Positions 49,655 through 60,106 of a DNA stretch of 64,000 bases are shown piece by piece. The stretch lies in NCBI GenBank assembly GCA_964473525.1, contig CAYYPK010000010.1, forward strand, positions 97,657 to 161,656. Reading direction: 5' to 3'. A program made the translations under genes and the position numbers. The notes under the pieces are model-generated. The model was not told the origin of the DNA. It saw nothing but the letters and a program-made list of their open reading frames with translations, and made no database searches. This stretch comes from an uncultured bacterium (GTDB taxonomy: Bacteria; Poribacteria; WGA-4E; GCA-2687025). Numbering within the stretch: the first letter of the stretch is position 1; each line of letters opens with the position of its first letter.

Positions 49655-50737
49655 ATGGCCGACCTGTCCGGCATGGCCTATCCCGCGTGGCGCGGCATCA
49701 TCGAGCACTACCGGGAACACCTGCCGATCACGGACGACACACCGATCGTTAGCCTTCACGAAGGCGGAACGCCATTGCTGCCGGCGCGGAAGCTGTCCGA
49801 GGCGCTTGGTGGCGGCATCGACATCCACCTGAAGTGCGAAGGTCTCAACCCGACAAGCTCCTTCAAGGATCGCGGGATGACGCTCGCGGTTTCCAAGGCG
49901 GTCGAGGAAGGCGCGCGCGCGGTGATATGCGCGTCCACTGGGAACACGTCCGCAGCGGCGGCGGCGTACGCCGCACGCGCGGGCATCCGCAGCGTCGTGC
50001 TCGTGCCAGACGGGGAAATCGCCCTCGGCAAGCTGGCGCAGGGGATGATGCACCGCGCGATGGTGCTCGCGGTCGATGGCAACTTCGATACGGCCCTGGA
50101 ACTCGTGCGCCGCATCTCGGCGGACCACCCCATCGCGCTGGTGAATTCCGTCAACCCGTACCGCATTGAGGGTCAGAAGACCGGCGCTTTCGAGATATGC
50201 GACCAACTCGGCAGGGCGCCTGCCTATCAGGCGATGCCGGTCGGGAACGCTGGCAACATCACGGCGTACTGGAAGGGCTACCAGGAGTACCTCAAGATCG
50301 GGCGCGTTGACGCCGCGCCGGCCATGCTCGGGTTCCAGGCGTCAGGGGCCGCGCCCATCGTCGACGGGACGCCGGTGCCAGAGCCGGACACGCTCGCGAC
50401 CGCCATCAAGATCGGTAACCCCGCAAGCTGGACGGGCGCGGTCGAAGCGCGCGACGCGTCCGGCGGCGTCATCGAACGCATCGCCGACCGACAGATATTG
50501 GACGCGTACTCGCTACTGGCGTCTACCGAAGGCGTCTTCGTGGAGCCGGCGTCGGCGATATCCGTAGCCGGCGTCATCGCGCTGCACGAGCGTGGGTACT
50601 TCGCGCCGGGCGACACGATCGCGTGTATCCTTACGGGCCACGGTCTGAAGGATCCAGATCGCGCCATCGCCGAGGCCCCCGAGCCGAAGACGGTCCCGGC
50701 GGACGTGGACGCTATCGTTGGGGAGATACTGTCGTGA
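49655..50737 (+). CDS. thrC: Threonine synthase
   Basis: PLP-lysine motif NPTSSFKDRGMT, GGTPLL, 360 aa. Start ATG 49655 with GAGACA upstream. Confidence 0.9.
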   Translation: MADLSGMAYPAWRGIIEHYREHLPITDDTPIVSLHEGGTPLLPARKLSEALGGGIDIHLKCEGLNPTSSFKDRGMTLAVSKAVEEGARAVICASTGNTSAAAAAYAARAGIRSVVLVPDGEIALGKLAQGMMHRAMVLAVDGNFDTALELVRRISADHPIALVNSVNPYRIEGQKTGAFEICDQLGRAPAYQAMPVGNAGNITAYWKGYQEYLKIGRVDAAPAMLGFQASGAAPIVDGTPVPEPDTLATAIKIGNPASWTGAVEARDASGGVIERIADRQILDAYSLLASTEGVFVEPASAISVAGVIALHERGYFAPGDTIACILTGHGLKDPDRAIAEAPEPKTVPADVDAIVGEILS

Positions 50738-51951
50738 CACCCGCGGGCGCCACTACCGACACGAAGCACATCGTCGTCCTCGTGGACGGCGCGGCGGACC
50801 TCCCCCTTGGCGACCTCGGAGGACGCACGCCCCTCGCCGCGGCGAACACGCCGAACATGGACGCCGTCGCGGAGATGGGCGTTGTCGGCGCGTTGAACCC
50901 CATCCCGGACGGTCAGAGCGCCGGGAGCGACGTAGGCAACCTCTCCGTGCTGGGCTACGACCCGGACGCGTATCTCACGGGACGCGCGCCTCTCGAAGCG
51001 GCGGCGATGGACATCGCGCTCGGGCCTACCGACGTCGCGTTCCGCTGCAACCTCGTCACGTTGACGAACGGGCGCATGGAGGACTACAGCGCCGGCCACA
51101 TCTCGACCGAGGAGGCGGCCGAGCTCATTGAGGCGGTCGAGGACGCGCTTGGGGCGCCGGGACGGCGCTACCACGCTGGGGTGCAGTACCGGCACATCCT
51201 CGTGGCGGGCGAGCAGTACGCAGGCATGGGCGCCACGCCGCCCCACGACATCATCGGTCAGGAATACGCGGCGTACCTGCCAACCGGAGATGGCAGCGGC
51301 GACGCGCGCGAGTGGATGGACGCCTCGCGGGCGGTGCTCGCCGACCACCCTGTGAACCGCAAGCGCATCGCGGCGGGAAAGGCTCCGGGTAACAGCACGT
51401 GGCTGTGGGGCCAGGGCCAGGCGCCGACGCTCCCAACGTACGCCGACAAGTACGGCATCGTCGGCAACGCGATATCCGCCGTGGACCTCGTGCGCGGCAT
51501 CGCTCGCTACGCAGGGCTGGAAGTCCTGCACGTTGACGGCATCACCGGCTTTCTCGATACAAACTACGTCGGCAAGGCCGAGGTGGGCCTGGCAAGTCTC
51601 GACGCGGCGGACTTCGTGTACATCCACGTCGAGGCGCCCGACGAGGCAGCGCACCTCGGCGACGCGTCCGCCAAGATAGAAGCGATTGAGGCGATCGACC
51701 GTGAGATCGTGGCGCGCGCGCTGGACTATGCTGGTAGGAACCCCGCGACTCGGATTGGGATTCTGCCCGACCACATCACGGCGATCAGCACCCGCACACA
51801 TGCTCCCGGCGCGGTGCCGTTTGCCGCCTGCGGCGCGGGCATCCAGCCGGACGCAGCGGTTGCCTACTCCGAAGCGGTCGGCGCCACGAGCGAACTGAGC
51901 TTCCCAGACGGACACCTTTGGATGGACTGGTTCCTCGGAGCGACGGGGTAA
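50734..51951 (+). CDS. Cofactor-independent phosphoglycerate mutase (ApgM/metalloenzyme-superfamily) homolog occupying the thrB position
   Basis: GTG start overlapping the thrC stop (GTGA). Motifs [36 protein letters not shown] and ILPDHIT are typical of archaeal-type iPGM/ApgM-like phosphotransferases. Confidence 0.75.
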   Translation: MTPAGATTDTKHIVVLVDGAADLPLGDLGGRTPLAAANTPNMDAVAEMGVVGALNPIPDGQSAGSDVGNLSVLGYDPDAYLTGRAPLEAAAMDIALGPTDVAFRCNLVTLTNGRMEDYSAGHISTEEAAELIEAVEDALGAPGRRYHAGVQYRHILVAGEQYAGMGATPPHDIIGQEYAAYLPTGDGSGDAREWMDASRAVLADHPVNRKRIAAGKAPGNSTWLWGQGQAPTLPTYADKYGIVGNAISAVDLVRGIARYAGLEVLHVDGITGFLDTNYVGKAEVGLASLDAADFVYIHVEAPDEAAHLGDASAKIEAIEAIDREIVARALDYAGRNPATRIGILPDHITAISTRTHAPGAVPFAACGAGIQPDAAVAYSEAVGATSELSFPDGHLWMDWFLGATG

Positions 51952-51964
51952 GAAAGGGCGAACG

Positions 51965-52849
51965 ATGGCGGATACATCCACCTGGCGGACGAAGGTCGGG
52001 CTTGCCGAAATGCTCAAGGGCGGCGTCATCATGGACGTCGTGGACGCCGAACAGGCGAAGATCGCCGAGGAGGCGGGCGCGGTGTCGGTCATGGCGCTTG
52101 AGCGCGTGCCGTCGGACATCCGACGGGACGGCGGCGTGGCGCGCATGTCGGATCCGGCGATGATCCAGCGGATCATGGACACCGTCTCGATTCCCGTGAT
52201 GGCCAAGGTGCGCATTGGGCACTTCGCCGAGGCGCAGATCCTCGAGGCTCTCGGCGTGGACTTCATCGACGAGAGCGAGGTGCTGACCCCCGCGGACGAG
52301 GCGTTCCACGTCGACAAGAACGCGTTCAAGGTTCCCTTCGTCTGTGGTTGCCGCAATCTGGGCGAGGCCTTGCGACGCATCGGCGAGGGCGCCGCGATGA
52401 TGCGGACCAAGGGCGAGGCGGGATCGGGGAACATCGTCGAAGCGGTCACGCACATGCGCACGCTACAGACCGGCATGCGCCGCCTGCAAGGCTTGCGACG
52501 CGACGAACTCATGACGGAGGCCAGAGACCTGGGCGCGCCGTTCGACCTGGTAGTACAGGTCGCGGAGACCGGCAAGCTCCCAGTGCCGAACTTCTCTGCG
52601 GGAGGCGTGGCAACGCCAGCGGACGCCAGCTTGATGATGCAACTGGGCGCCGAGACGGTGTTCGTCGGGTCGGGCATCTTCAAGTCGGAAGACCCAGCGC
52701 CACGCGCCAAGGCCATCGTCGACGCCGTAGCCTACTACGACAACCCGGAGATGCTCGCGAAGATCTCCTCCGGGCTCGGTCAGCCGATGTCGGGTCTGGA
52801 CGTGCGGACGATGCCCGACGACGAGCGCATGGCGAACCGGGGCTGGTAG
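51965..52849 (+). CDS. pdxS: Pyridoxal 5'-phosphate synthase lyase subunit PdxS
   Basis: [31 protein letters not shown], highly conserved, 294 aa. Confidence 0.93.
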   Translation: MADTSTWRTKVGLAEMLKGGVIMDVVDAEQAKIAEEAGAVSVMALERVPSDIRRDGGVARMSDPAMIQRIMDTVSIPVMAKVRIGHFAEAQILEALGVDFIDESEVLTPADEAFHVDKNAFKVPFVCGCRNLGEALRRIGEGAAMMRTKGEAGSGNIVEAVTHMRTLQTGMRRLQGLRRDELMTEARDLGAPFDLVVQVAETGKLPVPNFSAGGVATPADASLMMQLGAETVFVGSGIFKSEDPAPRAKAIVDAVAYYDNPEMLAKISSGLGQPMSGLDVRTMPDDERMANRGW

Positions 52850-52853
52850 CGAG

Positions 52854-53426
52854 TTGGCAAGCATCGTCGGCATACTGAGCCTACAGGGCGCCGTGGAGCC
52901 GCACGCCGAAGCCGTGCGCGACTGCGGCGCCGAGGCGCGATTCGTGCGCACGGCGGAGGAACTCGCGCCGTGCGACTCGCTTATCATCCCGGGCGGCGAA
53001 AGCACGACGATGGGCATGCTGATGGACCGCTTCGGCCTGCTCGACCCCATCGCCACGCACGCGGGGAAAGGCAAGCCGATACTCGGCACGTGCGCCGGCA
53101 TGATCGTGCTCGCCAAGGAGATCGTCGGCAGCGACCAGGCTCGACTGCGGCTGATGGATACGCGCGTCGCGCGCAACTCCTACGGGCGGCAGGTGGACAG
53201 CTTCGAGACGCCTGTACGCGTCGGCGCGTTGGCGGGCGGCCCGTTCCCGGGCGTCTTCATCAGGGCGCCGCACGTCGAAAAGGTGTGTGGCGACGCCGAA
53301 GTGCTGGCGGACCTGGACGGCCGCGCGGTCTTCGTGCGCCAGGGCCAACTGCTGGCGAGCTCGTTCCACCCAGAACTGACGGCGGATCGACGCGTGCACG
53401 AGTATTTCCTCGGGCTCACTCGCTAG
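52854..53426 (+). CDS. pdxT: Pyridoxal 5'-phosphate synthase glutaminase subunit PdxT
   Basis: VGILSLQGAVEPH, GTCAGMIVLA (catalytic Cys), SFHPEL. Confidence 0.9.
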   Translation: MASIVGILSLQGAVEPHAEAVRDCGAEARFVRTAEELAPCDSLIIPGGESTTMGMLMDRFGLLDPIATHAGKGKPILGTCAGMIVLAKEIVGSDQARLRLMDTRVARNSYGRQVDSFETPVRVGALAGGPFPGVFIRAPHVEKVCGDAEVLADLDGRAVFVRQGQLLASSFHPELTADRRVHEYFLGLTR

Positions 53427-53466
53427 CCGCGCGCTTCACCAGACCAACCCTGAGAGGGGTACGCGC

Positions 53467-54006
53467 ATGGAATCGCAACTGGCTCTCCGCGTCAACTCCT
53501 TCGCAGACGGTCAGCGGGAGCCGATCGACATCGCCGCGGACGCCGCCGCGGAGGGTCTCGACGACCTGCACGACGCGGTCACGTTCGCGGGGCCGCTCAC
53601 GCTCAAGGGCCACGGATACCGCGACGAGGACGAGGTGATGGTCACGGCCCGCGCTGAGGCGCCCGTGACGGTGTCGTGCGGTCGGTGCCTCGTGGAAGAG
53701 CAGGATACGCTGGCGTCGGGCATCTTCATCATGTATCGCCCTGAAGACCAGCGTCCTGACTACCTCGAGGGCGAGGAGGAGGTTGGACTTGGTTATTACG
53801 AGGCGGGTATTATAGACATTCGTGAGGATGTCCGGCGGTACCTGCTCCTCGAGATCCCTCTGTGGCCTGTCTGCGACGACGACTGCAAGGGTCTGTGCGG
53901 CGCGTGCGGCGCGAATCTCAACGAAGCCGCGTGCGCATGCGCGCGAGACGACGATTCACCGCGCAGCCCTCTCGGCGAGCAACTCGACCGCCTCTTCGAC
54001 AACTGA
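53467..54006 (+). CDS. yceD: YceD/DUF177 family protein (23S rRNA accumulation protein)
   Basis: Cys cluster CGRC...CKGLCGACGANLN. Position immediately upstream of rpmF. Confidence 0.8.
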   Translation: MESQLALRVNSFADGQREPIDIAADAAAEGLDDLHDAVTFAGPLTLKGHGYRDEDEVMVTARAEAPVTVSCGRCLVEEQDTLASGIFIMYRPEDQRPDYLEGEEEVGLGYYEAGIIDIREDVRRYLLLEIPLWPVCDDDCKGLCGACGANLNEAACACARDDDSPRSPLGEQLDRLFDN

Positions 54007-54040
54007 CCGCCGGTCACTTCGACCCAATTAGGATAGGCTG

Positions 54041-54235
54041 ATGGCGCATCCAAAACGACGCAAGTCCCAATCCCGCACGCGTATGGGCCGCTCACACCAC
54101 GCCCTTCGCGCGCCGGGCCTCGTTACGTGCCGCAACTGCGGCGACCGCATGCGACCGCATCGCGCCTGCCCCAAGTGCGGCTACTACAAGGCCCACAAGT
54201 GGCACAAGCCGGTCATCTCCGTAGACATCGACTAG
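54041..54235 (+). CDS. rpmF: 50S ribosomal protein L32
   Basis: MAHPKRRKSQSRTRMGRSHHAL...CPKCGYYKAHKWHK, 64 aa. Confidence 0.9.
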   Translation: MAHPKRRKSQSRTRMGRSHHALRAPGLVTCRNCGDRMRPHRACPKCGYYKAHKWHKPVISVDID

Positions 54236-54287
54236 CTCGCGCGAGCGCGCTTCATCTCGCCTCATCTTGCCTCTTGGGAGACGCCGG

Positions 54288-55289
54288 ATGGCATCTGACC
54301 GGCACGCGATCATACGCGGCACCGGGGCGTATGTGCCCGAGAAGCGGCTCACGAACCACGACCTCGAAAAGCTAGTCGACACGTCGGACGAGTGGATCCG
54401 AACGCGCGTGGGCATCGTGGAACGCCGCGTCGCCGACGACGCCACGGCGAGCTCCGACCTGGGCGCCAAGGCGGCCGAACGCGCTCTCGAAGCCGCTGGC
54501 GTCGCGCGCGAAGAAGTCGACCTGGTTCTGTGCTCGACGGTGTCGCCGGACATGATCTTCCCGTCCACGGCGTGCCTCATCTCGCGTGCGCTGGGTATCG
54601 AGCACCGGGTGCCAGCGATGGATCTGGCAGCGGCGTGCAGCGGCTTCTCGTACGCCCTGCACATGGCGAACGGTCTCATCCGATCCGGCATGCACAAGAC
54701 CATTCTCGTTACCGCCGCAGAAATGCTCACGCGCCACGTCGATTGGACGGATCGCGCCACGTGCGTGCTGTTCGGCGATGGCGCCGGAGCTGCCGTCGTG
54801 CAGGCGGGTGACCCGAGCGAGGGCGGGATTCTCCACACGTCCGTGGGCGCCGAGTCGATCCACGCGGATCCGCAGCTCCTGGGTATACCGGCTGGTGGCA
54901 CTCGAATGCCCACCACGGTCGAGACGGTGGCTAACGGGGAGCACTACATCAAGATGGAAGGGCGCAAGCTCTTCAAGATCGCGATGTCGATGATGCCCGA
55001 GGTCGTCAAGGACACGCTCGCGGAGGCGGGCATGACGATCGACGACATCAGACTGCTCGTCCCGCACCAGATGAACATGCGCATTGTCGCCAACTTCTCC
55101 GACCGCCTCGGTATCGAGATGGACCGCATCTACGTGAACGTGGACCGCTACGGCAACACGTCGTCGGCCAGCGTTATCATCGCGCTGAACGAAGCCATCG
55201 AGCGCGGACGCGTCGGCCCCGGCGACAAGGTGTTCCTCATCACGTTCGGCGCCGGCTGGACATGGGGCGCCAACATCATCCAGCTATAG
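54288..55289 (+). CDS. fabH: 3-oxoacyl-ACP synthase III
   Basis: IIRGTGAYVPEK, catalytic Cys in AACSGF, C-terminal GAGWTWGA. GGGAGA SD before ATG 54288. Confidence 0.9.
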   Translation: MASDRHAIIRGTGAYVPEKRLTNHDLEKLVDTSDEWIRTRVGIVERRVADDATASSDLGAKAAERALEAAGVAREEVDLVLCSTVSPDMIFPSTACLISRALGIEHRVPAMDLAAACSGFSYALHMANGLIRSGMHKTILVTAAEMLTRHVDWTDRATCVLFGDGAGAAVVQAGDPSEGGILHTSVGAESIHADPQLLGIPAGGTRMPTTVETVANGEHYIKMEGRKLFKIAMSMMPEVVKDTLAEAGMTIDDIRLLVPHQMNMRIVANFSDRLGIEMDRIYVNVDRYGNTSSASVIIALNEAIERGRVGPGDKVFLITFGAGWTWGANIIQL

Positions 55290-55313
55290 CCGCCTGCCTA
55301 CCTCGGTCCAGCG

Positions 55314-56258
55314 GTGACTCCGATGAGTAAGACGGCGCTACTCTTCCCCGGGCAAGGCTCCCAGTACATCGGTATGGGCGCGTGGCTCAACGACCGGCCC
55401 GAAGCCGCCGACATCCTGGACCGCGCGGCTGCCGCGGGCTTCGATGCGCGCGACGCGTGCTTCAACGGACCCGAAGAAGCACTCAAGCGCACCTCCACGA
55501 CTCAGCCCGCCCTCCTAACGGTGTCGGTCGCCACGCTCGCGCTGTTGCAGGCCAACGGCGTCGGATACGTCGCTGCGGCCGGTCACAGCTTGGGCGAGCA
55601 TTCTGCTCTCGTGGCGGCTGCCGTGGCCGATTTCGAGACGGCGCTGTCTGTGGTGCAGGCGCGCGGCGCGCTCATGGACGACGCCGGCTCATCCCGCGCG
55701 GGCGCGATGGCGGCCGTGCTTGGGCTGGATGCGGACGCGCTTACCGAGATGTGCGCCGCGGAAAGCACGGACGACCAGATCGTCGCTGTCGCGAACTACA
55801 ACTGCCCGGGCCAGATCGTCGTGACGGGCGACGCGGCCGCCGTGGCGCGTCTCGGAGAAGCCGCGACCGCCGCTGGCGCGCGACGGTTTGTGCCTCTGCC
55901 GGTGTCAGGGGCGTTTCACTCGCCGCTGATGGCGGCAGCTGAGGCGGGGATGGCCGATGTCCTCGGCGACGCGACGCTTTCCGCGCCGAGCGTAGCGTTC
56001 TACCCCAACGTAACGGCGCAACCCGAGACCGATCCCGCGCGTATCCGCGAACACCTGGTGACACAGGTCACGCACCCGGTGCGCTGGGAAGAGACGGTGC
56101 GGAACATGTGCGCCTCGGGTGTCACGCGGTTCGTGGAAGTCGGCGCGGGCCGCGCGCTGGCGGGGATGCTGCGACGCATCGACCGGGGCGCGGAGGTTCT
56201 TTCCACCGACACCGAAGAGCAGTTCGAGGAGGCGATGGATGTTCTCGCTCGAGGGTAA
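55314..56258 (+). CDS. fabD: Malonyl-CoA:ACP transacylase
   Basis: FPGQGSQYIGMG, active-site GHSLGE, 314 aa. Confidence 0.9.
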   Translation: MTPMSKTALLFPGQGSQYIGMGAWLNDRPEAADILDRAAAAGFDARDACFNGPEEALKRTSTTQPALLTVSVATLALLQANGVGYVAAAGHSLGEHSALVAAAVADFETALSVVQARGALMDDAGSSRAGAMAAVLGLDADALTEMCAAESTDDQIVAVANYNCPGQIVVTGDAAAVARLGEAATAAGARRFVPLPVSGAFHSPLMAAAEAGMADVLGDATLSAPSVAFYPNVTAQPETDPARIREHLVTQVTHPVRWEETVRNMCASGVTRFVEVGAGRALAGMLRRIDRGAEVLSTDTEEQFEEAMDVLARG

Positions 56259-56982
56259 GACAGCGCTCTTGACAGGCGCCTCGCGTGGCATCGGCCGCGC
56301 CGTCGCCGTTGCCTTCGCAGCCCAAGGGGCGGACGTGGCTCTGTGCGCACGAACCGAGTCCGCGCTCGAGGAGGTCGCCCGCGAGATCCGCGGCATGGGC
56401 CGCGAGGCGCTGGTGCAGGTCGTCGACGTGCGCGAGGCGTCATCAGCCGACGAGGCGGTGGCCGCCACGGTGGAGGGTCTTGGGCGACTCGACATACTCG
56501 TCAACAACGCCGGCATCACGCGGGACACGCTCCTGATGCGCATGAAGGATGAGGACTGGGACGACGTCCTCGGCACGAACCTCAATGGGCCGTTCTACTT
56601 CACCCGCGCTGCCGCTCGTATTATGCTTAAGCAGCGCGCGGGCAGGATCGTCAACGTGTCGTCGGTGGTGGGTCTGATGGGCAACGTGGGACAGGCGAAT
56701 TACGCTGCGTCCAAGGCGGGCATCATCGGTGTGACGAAGTCGCTGGCGAGGGAGCTCGGGCCGCGCGGCGTCACGGTGAACGCCATCGCCCCGGGATTCA
56801 TCACCACGGACATGACCGCAGGTCTCAAGGACGAGCACCAGGAGCGACTGCGCGACGCGATTCCGTTGGGGGCGTTCGGTGAGCCAGCGGATGTCGCGGC
56901 GGCGGCGTGCTACCTGGCGTCGGACGCCGCGAAGTACGTCACGGGCCAGGTATTGCAGGTTGACGGCGGGATGCGACTGTAG
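56239..56982 (+). CDS. fabG: 3-oxoacyl-ACP reductase
   Basis: TGASRGIGRA, NNAG, YAASKAG SDR motifs. ATG overlaps the fabD end. Confidence 0.9.
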   Translation: MFSLEGKTALLTGASRGIGRAVAVAFAAQGADVALCARTESALEEVAREIRGMGREALVQVVDVREASSADEAVAATVEGLGRLDILVNNAGITRDTLLMRMKDEDWDDVLGTNLNGPFYFTRAAARIMLKQRAGRIVNVSSVVGLMGNVGQANYAASKAGIIGVTKSLARELGPRGVTVNAIAPGFITTDMTAGLKDEHQERLRDAIPLGAFGEPADVAAAACYLASDAAKYVTGQVLQVDGGMRL

Positions 56983-57067
56983 GCGAGCGTAGGCCTCGGG
57001 CTGGCGAGAGACGTTCAGTTACGGCACCGGCGTTGGTGACAACGCCACGTGAATGGAGACGGCATAG

Positions 57068-57307
57068 ATGGCAGATCAGGGCGAGAAAGTACGTGAAATC
57101 GTGGCGCGGGAGCTGTCCGTGGACCTCGACCAGGTCACGCCGGAGGCGTCCTTCATGGACGATCTGGGAGCGGACTCCCTCGACACCGTTGAACTCGTGA
57201 TGGCGTTCGAGGACGCCTTCGGCGTCGAGATACCCGACGAGGATGCCGAGAAGATTCGCACCGTCGGCGATGCGATCGACTACGTAACCCAGCACGCGGG
57301 CGCATAG
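57068..57307 (+). CDS. acpP: Acyl carrier protein
   Basis: [17 protein letters not shown] phosphopantetheine site, 79 aa. Confidence 0.93.
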   Translation: MADQGEKVREIVARELSVDLDQVTPEASFMDDLGADSLDTVELVMAFEDAFGVEIPDEDAEKIRTVGDAIDYVTQHAGA

Positions 57308-57335
57308 CGCGGGCGACGACACGGGACGGCGAGCG

Positions 57336-58574
57336 ATGGAACGAGTTGTCATCACAGGCATGGGAGTCATCTCCCCGCTCGGGAACACCCTGGCCTCGTA
57401 TTGGTCGGGCGTGGAATCCGGGAGGTCGGGGGTCGGCCCACTGACCAAGTTCGACAATACGGACTACCGCACGACGATAGCCGCCGAGGTAACCGACTTC
57501 GACGGGGCGCAGTATCTCGACGCGAAGGACGCGCGCCGGCTGCCACCATTCATCCAGTTCGCGGTGGCGGCCGCCGGGCTCGCCCTCGAGGACGCTGACC
57601 TGCCACGGGGGTCGTTCGACCCGAACCGTGGCGGCGTGATCGTGGGGTCCGGCATCGGCGGCCTCGACATCATCGAGGCCCAGCACGAGATCCTGCGCAC
57701 GAAAGGCCCGAAGCGCGTCTCGCCGTTCTTCGTGCCGCACGAGATCATCAACATGGCCCCGGGCAAGATCTCGATAGACTTCGACCTGCGGGGACCCAAC
57801 GCGGCGGCGGTCACCGCGTGCGCGACGGCGAACCACGCGATCGGCCAGGCGTACCATGTCGTTTCACGTGGGGAGGCGGATTTCATCCTCGGCGGCGGCA
57901 CCGAGGCCGCCATCACGCCACTGTCGTTCGCCGGCTTCTGCTCCATGAAGGCGATGACCACGCGCAACGACAGCGCTCAGACCGCGAGCCGTCCCTTCGA
58001 CGCCGAGCGAGACGGGTTCGTCATGGGCGAGGGCGCGGGCGTGCTCGTCCTCGAGGCGCTGAGCCACGCCAGGAAGCGCGACGCCCGAATCTACGCCGAG
58101 CTCGTGGGCTTCGGCATGAGCTCCGACTCCTTCGACATCGTGAGCCCACCCGAGGACGGTGGCGGGGCCGCGCGGTCCATGCAGGCGGCCCTGGAAGCGG
58201 CCAGCATCTCGGCCACCGAGGTCTCGTACATCAACGCGCACGGGACATCGACGCCGATCGGCGACGTGGCGGAGACGAACGCGATCAAGACCGTGTTCGG
58301 GGAGGGCGCGCGCAAGCTCCCAGTCAGCTCGACGAAGTCGGTTCACGGGCACCTGTTGGGAGCCGCCGGCGCGATCGAGCTGGTAGCGGCGGTGCAGGCG
58401 ATAGAACACCAGCGCATACCCCCAACGATGAATCTGAACACGCCTGACCCCGAGTGCGACCTCGACTACGTGCCGAACGTCGCCCGTGACGCGGAGGTCG
58501 AAGTGATCCTGTCGAACGCCTTCGGTTTCGGTGGGCACAACACGACCGTCGTCGCGCGGCGCTGGCATGGCTGA
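57336..58574 (+). CDS. fabF: 3-oxoacyl-ACP synthase II
   Basis: 412 aa KAS II with active-site Cys ([12 protein letters not shown]), HGTSTPIGD and HLLGAAG motifs. Confidence 0.92.
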   Translation: MERVVITGMGVISPLGNTLASYWSGVESGRSGVGPLTKFDNTDYRTTIAAEVTDFDGAQYLDAKDARRLPPFIQFAVAAAGLALEDADLPRGSFDPNRGGVIVGSGIGGLDIIEAQHEILRTKGPKRVSPFFVPHEIINMAPGKISIDFDLRGPNAAAVTACATANHAIGQAYHVVSRGEADFILGGGTEAAITPLSFAGFCSMKAMTTRNDSAQTASRPFDAERDGFVMGEGAGVLVLEALSHARKRDARIYAELVGFGMSSDSFDIVSPPEDGGGAARSMQAALEAASISATEVSYINAHGTSTPIGDVAETNAIKTVFGEGARKLPVSSTKSVHGHLLGAAGAIELVAAVQAIEHQRIPPTMNLNTPDPECDLDYVPNVARDAEVEVILSNAFGFGGHNTTVVARRWHG

Positions 58575-59379
58575 CCCCGCAGCCGCGGACGCCGAGGACG
58601 AAGCTGGCCTGACGGCGCTAGAGCAGGCCCTCGGCTATTCGTTCAGGGATCGCTCCTGGCTTCGGCTCGCGCTGATCCACCGCTCCCTCACGTCCGACGA
58701 CCCCGCCGCCCTCGCCAACAACGAACGGCTGGAATTCCTGGGCGACGCTGTCCTGGACCTGGCGATTCGCGCGCATCTGTTCGCCAAATACAGGGATGCT
58801 CGGGAGGGCGCTCTGACGCAGTGGCGTTCGCAACTGGCGGGCCGGGCGAATCTGGCGACGGTCGCAGAGAGCCTGCACCTCTACGCACACATGCGTCACG
58901 ACCTGCCGCACGTCGAGCTGCAGCCGACACAACGCGAGCGGCTTCTGGCTGACGGCCTAGAGGCCTTGCTGGGCGCTGTCTACTGCGACGCCGACTACGA
59001 CACCGCTGGCGCCGTGGCTCGTTCGGCGCTGGCGGCCTCCTTCGAGCGACTCGCCGCCGACCCACGCCAGGGCAATCCCAAAGCCGTGCTTCAGGAGTGG
59101 TGGCAGCGCGCCACCGGGCGCACACCGCGGTATGAGGTTTCCGCGGTGGATGGGCCGAGCCACGCTCCACATTTCACGATGACGACCATCCTGGGCGATA
59201 GGGTCGGCGCGGCTGGATCTGGGTGGTCGAAGCGGGAAGCGTCGCGCAACGCAGCGCGAGCCACCCTTGACAGACTCACGGGAGATCCCGCCTGGAGGGT
59301 TGAGGTGGCCGGCCCGTCGGCTAACCTATCACCAGTGGACTTGTCCGCGGATGACCCACCGGACTGGGACAGCCGATGA
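58567..59379 (+). CDS. rnc: Ribonuclease III
   Basis: RNase III signature [11 protein letters not shown] and C-terminal dsRBD. ATG overlaps the fabF end. Confidence 0.88.
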   Translation: MADPAAADAEDEAGLTALEQALGYSFRDRSWLRLALIHRSLTSDDPAALANNERLEFLGDAVLDLAIRAHLFAKYRDAREGALTQWRSQLAGRANLATVAESLHLYAHMRHDLPHVELQPTQRERLLADGLEALLGAVYCDADYDTAGAVARSALAASFERLAADPRQGNPKAVLQEWWQRATGRTPRYEVSAVDGPSHAPHFTMTTILGDRVGAAGSGWSKREASRNAARATLDRLTGDPAWRVEVAGPSANLSPVDLSADDPPDWDSR

Positions 59380-59906
59380 GCATCGTTGCATATGTAGGGC
59401 TGGGATCGAACGTTGGCGACCGACTCGCGCATTTGCGGGAGGCGACGGCAATGCTCGTCGCTGGCGCCGAACAGGTCGTCGCCGCGTCCTCCGTGTACGA
59501 GACCGAGCCCGTGGGTTACAAGGAACAGGACTGGTTCCTGAACGCTGTCGTCGGCGTGCGTGTGACATCGACCGCGCCGGAGTTCCACGCCCTCCTCAAG
59601 GCGATAGAGGCCGAGATGGGCCGACGGTCACGCCATCGGTGGGGCCCCCGCGAAATAGACCTGGACCTGCTGCTATTTGGCGACGAGGTCCGGCGTGACG
59701 AACGACTCATCACGCCGCACCCTCGTATGCACGAGCGCGCGTTTGTGATGGAGCCGCTTGCCGAGGTCGCGCCGACGGCGGCGCACCCGGTGCTGCGGGT
59801 CGCCATGCGTGACATTCTGACGGCGCTCGACGACCCCGCGGCCGTGCGGCGAGCGTACCCCAGAGCAGTTCTGCTGGACGCTTCCCAGGAGCGGCGAGAG
59901 GCGTGA
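59376..59906 (+). CDS. folK: 2-amino-4-hydroxy-6-hydroxymethyldihydropteridine pyrophosphokinase (HPPK)
   Basis: VAYVGLGSNVGDR, GPREIDLDLLLFGD, HPRMHERAFVMEPL. Confidence 0.85.
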   Translation: MSIVAYVGLGSNVGDRLAHLREATAMLVAGAEQVVAASSVYETEPVGYKEQDWFLNAVVGVRVTSTAPEFHALLKAIEAEMGRRSRHRWGPREIDLDLLLFGDEVRRDERLITPHPRMHERAFVMEPLAEVAPTAAHPVLRVAMRDILTALDDPAAVRRAYPRAVLLDASQERREA

Positions 59907-60106
59907 TAATACAGTCGTGGGAGCGTCTCCTGGTACTGGCCGCAAAAGCTCAACCTATCGTCTACACCCCACGTCTAAGTTACGGCGCGACAGGAGACTG
60001 CGCGTCCTCGCCCATTTGGCGAGCGGCGCTCCCGGTCGAGAGTCTCCCCGTCAAGAAAGGTCAGCGAGGCAAGGTGAAGCCTTCCACTGGACGCGATTAT
60101 CAGCCT

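Noticed and set aside
50278-52716. 812-aa minus-strand ORF
   Set aside because: Lies opposite well-conserved thrC, the iPGM-like gene and pdxS on the + strand. Translation is Ser/Arg/Ala-rich with no recognisable motifs.
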